This document shows positions 56,969 to 64,000 of a stretch of 64,000 nucleotides of DNA, in pieces (positions within the stretch are counted from its first letter, which is position 1; every line of letters begins with the position of its first letter). A program made the translations under genes and the position numbers. The stretch lies in assembly GCA_001189095.1 (NCBI GenBank), contig LFCK01000001.1:317159-381158 (forward strand), read 5' to 3'. The notes beneath the pieces are model-generated. The model made no database searches, had not been told where the DNA came from, and saw only the letters and a list, made by a program, of their open reading frames with translations. The stretch comes from Parcubacteria bacterium C7867-001 (GTDB lineage Bacteria; Patescibacteriota; Minisyncoccia; Phycocordibacterales; Phycocordibacteraceae).

Positions 56969-56974
56969 ATATTT

Positions 56975-58075
56975 CTATTTGAAGAGCTTGAAGATATCGC
57001 TAGCGGTAACGACAAGCATCAGGAGAATTAGGAGCGCGAAGCCTGCGGTATTCACTCCGCGCGCGATACCTTTCGGAAGCGGGCGGCGGATGATTGCCTC
57101 GATGATGACAAAGAGCAGCCGTCCGCCATCGAGCGCCGGTACCGGCACGAGATTAATGAGCGCCAAGTTTATCGAAATGATTGCCGTGATGATGAGCACC
57201 GAGGCGAATCCTTCCGCGCTTGCCGTTCCGACCGCACCCACGATGCCAACCGGACCCGAAACCTGAGAAAGGTCGGCAGAAAGCGTGAAGAAGCTTCCGA
57301 AGAAGTGCGCGAGCCCTGCTGCGGTCTGCTTCGTGATTTCCCATGTAAGCTTCGCTCCTTCAACAGGTGCCGATAGGAGCGACACCGGAAGCGTTCCAAC
57401 GGTACCTATCGCAATACCAAGCGCGCGACGCTCCGGTTCGCTCGGCGAAACGTGGTCCGCCGGAACCGCGGCGATATCCTTCTCTTCCCCTGCCCGCTTC
57501 ACGGTAAGCGTCACTGCCGCCTCTTTCGTATCTTCAGCAATAAATTCAGAGAAGAGCGCGGGATCGTAGCCTGAGAAAACTTTGTCCGCGCGTGCTGCGC
57601 GAAGAATGATGTCTCCTTGCATGAGACCTGCGCGCGCTGCCGGCGAATCCGGAAGCACGTGGCTTATGGCGAGGCCGGTATCCTTAGCGCGCGCCGCCTC
57701 CTCAAGGGTGAGCGACCGCTCAGTTCCCATGAAGAGCACGAGCGAGATGAGGAGCCACGCGAAGAGAAGGTTCATCGCGATACCCGCAACGAGCGTCGCG
57801 GCCTGCAGGATGCGTGGCTTTGCGACAAAAGAATCCTTTGGCGGATGCTTTTCTTCTTCAGAGTCATCCTCGCCGAGAATCTTTACGAACCCACCAAACG
57901 GCAGCCAATTGAGAGAATAGAGCGTTCCTTTATAGGTAAATCCCGCTGCGCGCGGCGGATAGCCGATACCGAACTCTTCGACCTTCATGCCGGACCACTT
58001 CGCGACGACGAAATGCCCAAACTCGTGCACCACGATAAGTGCGACGAGAACGATGATGAAAATAAGTATGCTCAT
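56975..58075 (-). CDS. rseP: RIP metalloprotease RseP (M50)
   Basis: HEFGH, PDZ, NLVPVPALDGG. Confidence 0.93.
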   Translation of the reverse strand: MSILIFIIVLVALIVVHEFGHFVVAKWSGMKVEEFGIGYPPRAAGFTYKGTLYSLNWLPFGGFVKILGEDDSEEEKHPPKDSFVAKPRILQAATLVAGIAMNLLFAWLLISLVLFMGTERSLTLEEAARAKDTGLAISHVLPDSPAARAGLMQGDIILRAARADKVFSGYDPALFSEFIAEDTKEAAVTLTVKRAGEEKDIAAVPADHVSPSEPERRALGIAIGTVGTLPVSLLSAPVEGAKLTWEITKQTAAGLAHFFGSFFTLSADLSQVSGPVGIVGAVGTASAEGFASVLIITAIISINLALINLVPVPALDGGRLLFVIIEAIIRRPLPKGIARGVNTAGFALLILLMLVVTASDIFKLFK

Positions 58076-58081
58076 GTAGGT

Positions 58082-58633
58082 TTACAGCGCTATCTCCTCC
58101 TGCTTCTTCTTGAGAAGCCCGTCAAACGAAGCGTTTGCGGCATCTATCATTTTCTGTACTTCGTCCTTCAGGCGTTTCAATTCATCCTGTCCCATACCGC
58201 CCTCTTTTTCTGCAGCGTCGAGTTCTTTGATCGCTTCGGTGCGATGACCACGCAGGGTGATGCGTGCCTGCTCGGTCTTTTCGTTTGCAAGCTTTGCGAG
58301 CATCGTGCGGCGCTCGCCGGTGAGTTCAGGGAAAATGATGCGAAGGCCCTGATCATCAGTCACGACCGAGACGCCAAGATCCGCTTCCGTGATTCCCTTT
58401 TCGATATTCTTCATCACTGTTTTGTCCCACGGCACGATGCGTATCGTGCGAGCGTCTTCAACCGAAACAGAACCGACCGCCTGTATCGAGCTTGGTGCGC
58501 CGTACACTTCGAACTTCACGCGGTCGAGAAGCGCGGTCGAGGCGCGTCCGGTGCGAACGCTCGAGAGCTCTTTCTGGAGCCATTCTTCCGATTCCTTTAT
58601 ATGTGTTTTGAGTTTTGAAAAGTCGTATGCCAT
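58082..58633 (-). CDS. frr: Ribosome recycling factor
   Basis: RTGRAS, PWDK, PELTGERR. Confidence 0.96.
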   Translation of the reverse strand: MAYDFSKLKTHIKESEEWLQKELSSVRTGRASTALLDRVKFEVYGAPSSIQAVGSVSVEDARTIRIVPWDKTVMKNIEKGITEADLGVSVVTDDQGLRIIFPELTGERRTMLAKLANEKTEQARITLRGHRTEAIKELDAAEKEGGMGQDELKRLKDEVQKMIDAANASFDGLLKKKQEEIAL

Positions 58634-58709
58634 TACAGGGCATTATAGCAAAAGTCCTCGGAACTAGGTTCCGAGGACTGATGTTGGTTTGTGGCGAGAA
58701 GCCGCCGAC

Positions 58710-59231
58710 TTAGTCGCGATAGCTGCCGATGTAGCGCTTGGGCCCCATCAGCTCGCAACGCCGGATTTCCTGCTTGCGCGTCATGTGCTGGTTGACCCAG
58801 CTTTGACCGCCAGAAGAGATCAGGCCGCCGAGCGCGCCGCCGAGGGTCACGTCGCCGCTGACATTGCCGGGATAGTTTCGTGTCGAAATCGCCCCACCAA
58901 CGCCGCCCCCGAGCGCGCCGAAGGCGCCTTGCTTCATCGCAACCGTACCGGCGCTGTCGTAGATTTCGGCGATGATCTGCTTGCAGGTCATCGGTTCACC
59001 ATCAACGAGTGTCGTCGGTTCGTCAGATTGCTCAGTGCGCGAAGATTTCGAGCCGCCGGATGTTTTGCATCCGTCGTACTCGCCGTCAGCATTGCGATGG
59101 AAATCGCGAGGCGCGCACATTGCCTGCGGAACGGTGTCGTTGTACGTTTTCGCCACTGCGATGGTCGGCGTCATGAACGACGCCGCCGACAGGATGAGGG
59201 CGAGAGATCCCGCCCGGAGCATCGTGTTCAT
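58710..59231 (-). CDS. Secreted hypothetical protein with glycine-zipper-like segment
   Basis: Signal peptide; GAFGALGGGVGG and GGALGGLI; paired Cys. Confidence 0.6.
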   Translation of the reverse strand: MNTMLRAGSLALILSAASFMTPTIAVAKTYNDTVPQAMCAPRDFHRNADGEYDGCKTSGGSKSSRTEQSDEPTTLVDGEPMTCKQIIAEIYDSAGTVAMKQGAFGALGGGVGGAISTRNYPGNVSGDVTLGGALGGLISSGGQSWVNQHMTRKQEIRRCELMGPKRYIGSYRD

Positions 59232-59377
59232 TTGGCTTCCTTTCGTATGGTTGAGCCACGTATCGCTTGAGTCCTTGCCAACATGGAAAGAACCGCTGTT
59301 GTGCAGCATATCACACACTAAGCTGTACGTCAAGTGCAGCTCAGCGTGTTTTTACGGCCTAGATACGGGCCCGTTTT

Positions 59378-61732
59378 CTAGCGGCCACCACGCCCCTTTC
59401 CTACCCGAATCCATCCTGGCAGTTGATTCGAGAATCGTCCGCGATGTATTCGATTCACAAGCTGTCCATCGAGTCGCTCGATGTTACGGAGCGCCGTCCC
59501 TATACGTCCATCAATATCTCGCTTGTCCCTAAAAGCACCGAGATGCCGGCGATCGCTGTACAGTTTTTTTAGTGCTTTTAGTGCAGCATCGTATCGAACA
59601 CTGGTTTTCTTACGTCCTTCCTTATAGGGATCCTTTGCTGGAAAGAACGGAAAGAGTTTTTGTGGTCGCTCTTCGAAACGTCCCTCCTTGTCGTAGTATT
59701 TAATATTCATTGTCGAAACCTGCGCTTCGGTTTCAGCAAAGGTGAGGTAGTCGAGTCGCGCTTCTTCGTATTCAGTCCGCGAAGCGTCAGACCTTCCTTC
59801 GAAAAGCGGAGCGAGATCGTTCGTCGCCGGACGAAGCATATGCGAAAGCATTTCGCGGGAGTCTTCAGTCGCACGGCTGGCAAGAACCTTTTCTGCAACC
59901 GGACCTACTTCCTTCACAAGGAAGGAGTCGCGCAGGAGTCCTGCGACCGGATCAAAGGAGGTATCGCGTGTGAGGTCATGTGCCGTCTCTTCGGTCGAGA
60001 ATGCGTTAAGGATTTTGGTGAGTGCTACCTCTCGAAGTCGATCTTCGCCCTCGCCCTTCTTGATGAATCCAGCACCGGGGCGCATAAGATTTGTGAGCGC
60101 GTGAAGGAGCGAATTGCGCGCCTCGACATAATTCTCGCGCATATTCATCGCCTTTCGATCAAGCCGTAAATCCTTTCCCTTCTTTTGTGCTTCCGCTATC
60201 TTGTCGACGAGAATATCTCGGTAGTCACCGCGTGCCGTTTGGTACGACTTAAAGAGAAAGGCGACCGCCTCCTGATTTTTTCCGAGCAGTTCTTTGAGCA
60301 TGCCCGATACTGCCTCTTTACCCTCTCCTTGTTCCGCTGACTTTCCGAGAAGCGCCTTCTCTTCTGCGTCGAAGAGCGCTCGGATATCTTTCATGCTGAT
60401 CGGGTTCTTCTGATTCGCGTCCGTGATGATTCCCGCCTTGTCGTGCGTATTCTGATCGACGTTATTCCCCATCGCATGAAGGAGATCTTCCTTTGCTTCG
60501 AGATACGCAGCTTTGCGCGCAGGATCGTTCGGCGCATCCGCATACGCCTGACGAGCTGCGAAGAACACATCATCGAGCACGCCGAAGTTGCTCAGCTCGC
60601 GACCTTTCATCGTGCCCATGAAGTAACGCTCAAGCAGTTCGCTCACCGTCTTCGGCTTTGCAATCATTAACTTCTCTTCTTTCTTAGCTTCAGCTGGCGC
60701 GACTATCGCCGGTGCCTCTGAGGGCTTAGGAGCCGGAGCTGCTTCTGTGAGCGCATCGGGTGCAGGAGTCCCGTCCTTCTCCGCGACTGTTTCCGCTGGC
60801 GCTTTTTCCGCGACAGGCGCTGCAACTTCTTCCGGAGGGAGATCCTCATCACGAGAACCAACGAGTGATGCCGCCTTAGCGAGTTCTGCCATCGAACGCT
60901 CGCGCAGCTTAGACGCAGCTTCCTCTTCCGGTGTTCTCCTGCGCCACATGGCGTCCGCGATGACCTCGCTCGGGGTCCTTCTGATTTTTACGATGGATTC
61001 AATATGCGCTCCTAGCTTTATTGCTTCGCTTGCTTCATCAACATAGAACGGTGAATAGATTTCCTCGGCGAGCTCCTTTGGCGGAATACCTATGTGCTTC
61101 CCGAGTTTCTGAATTTCGCCAACAAGTTGATCGCGCGCGTCCACGTACATGTCGCGCAAATCTTCCATTGTCTCAGGATCATGATCTTTATTACCCAGAT
61201 GCTCAAAGTACATGTCGCGACAATTCGTAAATACATCTTTCGCTCCGTTATACTTCTTCATTTCCTTCGGAGGATAGGTATCGAGCATCGAATTTGCTTC
61301 GAGAGCTGTGAGCTTGAGGAGCGGCGAGGGCATTTCCTTGCCTTGCGACTCTGAACGCTCTGGAGTGACACTTTGTTCAGGAGGAGCCGCAGGAACAACA
61401 TCTCCTAAGGTGGGAATATTTCGCATCGCTTCTTCAAAACGAGCAGCCTTCTCTTCTTCACTGACCGCTCGTAGCGCTGGCTGACCTGCCGGATCACCAT
61501 CGAGTCCTTCGAGAAAAGACTCATCATCTTCCTCAGCAGACGCTCCCGCAGCAGAAGTCGCTGATTCTGATCTTGCGCGATTTCGTGGAGGCTTCTTTTC
61601 TTTCGGCGCACTGCGTTGCGACTTTCCCTTCTCAACTTTTACACCGTCCCCTTCGGTCGTTGAAGATGCAGATGCATCCGGAGTGCCGGGTCGTTGGCGA
61701 CGAGAACGAGGGAGAGGAGGATCTTGATCCAT
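59378..61732 (-). CDS. Large hypothetical protein with four helical repeats
   Basis: 784-aa ORF; recurring (F/Y)xx(A/C)Rxx Y ... YxxA(R/K)xxL. Confidence 0.7.
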   Translation of the reverse strand: MDQDPPLPRSRRQRPGTPDASASSTTEGDGVKVEKGKSQRSAPKEKKPPRNRARSESATSAAGASAEEDDESFLEGLDGDPAGQPALRAVSEEEKAARFEEAMRNIPTLGDVVPAAPPEQSVTPERSESQGKEMPSPLLKLTALEANSMLDTYPPKEMKKYNGAKDVFTNCRDMYFEHLGNKDHDPETMEDLRDMYVDARDQLVGEIQKLGKHIGIPPKELAEEIYSPFYVDEASEAIKLGAHIESIVKIRRTPSEVIADAMWRRRTPEEEAASKLRERSMAELAKAASLVGSRDEDLPPEEVAAPVAEKAPAETVAEKDGTPAPDALTEAAPAPKPSEAPAIVAPAEAKKEEKLMIAKPKTVSELLERYFMGTMKGRELSNFGVLDDVFFAARQAYADAPNDPARKAAYLEAKEDLLHAMGNNVDQNTHDKAGIITDANQKNPISMKDIRALFDAEEKALLGKSAEQGEGKEAVSGMLKELLGKNQEAVAFLFKSYQTARGDYRDILVDKIAEAQKKGKDLRLDRKAMNMRENYVEARNSLLHALTNLMRPGAGFIKKGEGEDRLREVALTKILNAFSTEETAHDLTRDTSFDPVAGLLRDSFLVKEVGPVAEKVLASRATEDSREMLSHMLRPATNDLAPLFEGRSDASRTEYEEARLDYLTFAETEAQVSTMNIKYYDKEGRFEERPQKLFPFFPAKDPYKEGRKKTSVRYDAALKALKKLYSDRRHLGAFRDKRDIDGRIGTALRNIERLDGQLVNRIHRGRFSNQLPGWIRVGKGRGGR

Positions 61733-61842
61733 AGAAAGTATATTTTCAGTATAAATTTTAGCACGCTCTATAAAAACGAGGGGGAGCCGTGAGGCTCCCC
61801 CTGTGCATGCGCCGAAGCGAATGCGAATTGGTGTGCGATTTT

Positions 61843-62577
61843 TTAGCTCGACGCGCCGAACCCTTCTTGGTTCGAATCGCTGTTCGTCGGGCCCCCGTTT
61901 TCAGGAACGACAATGTCGTCCTCCGAGTGCGTCTGAGTGTCCGTCGTTTCGGACCCGGTCGCGGCTTCATTCGTGAGCCACGCGCCGAGTTCGACCGGTT
62001 CGGTCACCGAGGAGCCGCCGAGGAAGCGGACCCAGCATTCGGTTTGCTCGTATTCTTCCCGCTTTTCGTCGGAAAGGAGCTCGCCGGCATAGTAGAGCAC
62101 ATCGTGGAGGACGTGCGCTTCTTCGGTCGTGCCGTCGACCCGCAAGTTAAACATGATACCGCTCTCGGCGCTGACCTTATCGGCCAGCTTCGCGAGAATG
62201 GCATTCCTGAGGGCCGTCGCCGCTTTCGCGTTCGGGCCGCGCGGCTTCTTGGCGCTTGGATTGCCGAAGACGCCATTCAGGTAGTGCTTCATCGACGCGG
62301 TGCCGTTGCGAGCGGCGACCTGCGATTTGACGAAGCCGTGAACCCAGAGGACTTGGAGGACCAGATCGTCCTCCTTATCGTTCACGAGGCCGACGCCGTC
62401 CGACAATTTCTCGCCGGTCGCCGCCAACAACGCTTCCAGGTTCTCTTTGCCATAGCGACGTTCCGCGCGCGACATAATCTTGCCGCGGCCAAACGCATCA
62501 GTGTCGATGCGAGCGACCTGACCACCTTCTTGGGCGGCCGGGTTGGAGACGGAGGCATTACGATCCCGAGTAGCCAT
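61843..62577 (-). CDS. Hypothetical protein
   Basis: AAGGAG SD before MATRD; TTGACA promoter upstream. Confidence 0.6.
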   Translation of the reverse strand: MATRDRNASVSNPAAQEGGQVARIDTDAFGRGKIMSRAERRYGKENLEALLAATGEKLSDGVGLVNDKEDDLVLQVLWVHGFVKSQVAARNGTASMKHYLNGVFGNPSAKKPRGPNAKAATALRNAILAKLADKVSAESGIMFNLRVDGTTEEAHVLHDVLYYAGELLSDEKREEYEQTECWVRFLGGSSVTEPVELGAWLTNEAATGSETTDTQTHSEDDIVVPENGGPTNSDSNQEGFGASS

Positions 62578-62739
62578 GTTGTGGGCTCCTTGGTTGGTGA
62601 CAAAGAACGATCCTCGAACGGACCACCATGGTGCTGCATGCACCTTGGTGAATACATATTACACCATCGGTGTTATTTTGTCAAGTACCCCGCGAGCGCT
62701 GCTATACTTTCCCTACTAACCCCTTAAGTATCCCCGTCC

Positions 62740-63420
62740 ATGAGCGAATCCCAACCGCCTACCCCGCCGAGCAAGGAAAACCCGCCCCGCGACACATCCA
62801 GTCCCTACGAACTACTCGGTTTTGGTCCAGAAGTAGTCGGAGCATCGCTTTCTCCCGAAGAATTGAAGGACGCCTACCGCAAACTCTCGAAAACACATCA
62901 CCCTGACTTGGGCGGGAACGCGGAAGCCTTCAAGAATTTAACGGAAGCCTACGCAAAACTCAGCGACCCAGACACTCGTCGCGAGATCGATCTTGAGCTT
63001 GAAGCAAAACGACACATCTCGGACAATATCGACAGCATCATGGATGACGATGCGCCGGCACGGCCCGCTCGGCGCGTTGCTCCACGAGCACGAGCCTCCG
63101 GAGAAACAACAACCCAGCAACGACGCACCTACTCTGTAGCAATTGAGAACGGTAAGGAATATCTCCTTAAAAACGAAACGGGTGAAAAGCTTGGAGAGGG
63201 ATACAAACAAATAACCGACCGCGGACGATTCCTTGTTGGCGTCGCCGAATCGCGTCGCACACCTATGGAGTATCTCCTTGACCCGAAAAGCGGAGAGCGA
63301 CTCGCGGGCCCCTACACGCAGATACGCCGGAATGAACAGGGTGACGTTATTGGAACGTCACAAGGACGCACGGGAACATCCGAAGAGAAGCTCGACGTTC
63401 CTGAGTGGACGAAGAACTAA
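62740..63420 (+). CDS. J-domain protein with repeated C-terminal beta units
   Basis: PYELLG..LKDAYRKLSKTHHPDLGG..FKNLTEAYAKLSDP. Confidence 0.85.
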   Translation: MSESQPPTPPSKENPPRDTSSPYELLGFGPEVVGASLSPEELKDAYRKLSKTHHPDLGGNAEAFKNLTEAYAKLSDPDTRREIDLELEAKRHISDNIDSIMDDDAPARPARRVAPRARASGETTTQQRRTYSVAIENGKEYLLKNETGEKLGEGYKQITDRGRFLVGVAESRRTPMEYLLDPKSGERLAGPYTQIRRNEQGDVIGTSQGRTGTSEEKLDVPEWTKN

Positions 63421-64000
63421 CGCAACGACGCGGGAGTCACAAGGAGGAGGTGCTCGAAGATGGGTTTTAGGGGCGCAGCGCGGTCGTGAAGTATTGGAAT
63501 GAAGCTGTTCAAGTCAGTGAGAAATGCTACAAGCGCCGCATCGTTACCACTTCCCTCTTTGCGGGCACGATATCCCGCGCGCATGAGTCCTTCAGCGAGC
63601 GTAAGTGCTTCAAGGCGCGCAGCCTGTTTTTCTGTGTCCTTGTCGGACTTGGTTTTATCGAGAAGTTTTGCGACCAGTTTTTCGCGCGCAGCAGAGGTGC
63701 CCGTAATAAATGCTTCGACGATTTCTGACTCCTCTTTTTTCGTACGTTTCCCTTCAGGGAAGGCCTGTCTACCGGTAGGCAGGGGAAGAATGCGCGAGCG
63801 AAGCGTGGGCAGGATTATCCCTTCGCTTGGGACTACTAATATAAGGACGGTCCCTTCTGGCGGCTCTTCGAATAATTTAAGGAGTGCGTTCTGTGCTTCA
63901 TGGAAAAGTCGTCCTGTTGCGACGATAAGCACTTTCGTTTCGCCAGCAACCGGCGATTGCCGCGCGAGATCGTTTACCGCACGCGCGTCCGCAACTGAAA
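63417..64000 (-). CDS. holB: DNA polymerase III delta' subunit-like (5' end beyond window)
   Basis: EAQNALLKLFEEPP, ILPTLRSR; frame open to window end. Confidence 0.85.
   Translation of the reverse strand, partial: SVADARAVNDLARQSPVAGETKVLIVATGRLFHEAQNALLKLFEEPPEGTVLILVVPSEGIILPTLRSRILPLPTGRQAFPEGKRTKKEESEIVEAFITGTSAAREKLVAKLLDKTKSDKDTEKQAARLEALTLAEGLMRAGYRARKEGSGNDAALVAFLTDLNSFIPILHDRAAPLKPIFEHLLLVTPASLR
63764..63783. repeat. Short palindromic repeat inside holB
   Basis: CCTGTCTACCGGTAGGCAGG, read as LPTGRQ. Confidence 0.65.

Overview
64 kb of chromosome from a Patescibacteria (CPR) bacterium, most likely Parcubacteria (Kaiserbacteria/Adlerbacteria-like). The assignment is inferred from gene style: class I LysRS, archaeal-type non-discriminating AspRS, a split dcw cluster and no metabolic genes. 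Core genes include tyrS, trpS, aspS, gltX, cysS, lysK, proS, scpAB, mraY/ftsW/murG, mraZ-rsmH-ftsL-ftsI-murF, mreB-mreC-mrdA, dnaB-recR, rpmA/rplU/rplI, greA, frr, rseP, holB, tRNA-Tyr and tRNA-Glu. Small accessory gene cassettes are interleaved among them. Most notable non-coding signals: (1) a stand-alone ~450-nt structured ncRNA candidate (22980-23427, minus) with its own promoter, terminator, GNRA tetraloops and loop-E motifs; (2) both tRNA genes are followed by a shared-architecture ~150-nt element carrying antisense copies of that same tRNA's acceptor strand and T-arm, with a 3'-end duplication at tRNA-Tyr; (3) two leader-peptide attenuators in front of unknown genes; (4) core genes appear leaderless while accessory genes use Shine-Dalgarno sites; (5) an NrtR-type box upstream of an SPFH + NAD-kinase-like pair; (6) several palindromic repeat/MITE families. 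All calls are from reading the sequence; no searches were run.
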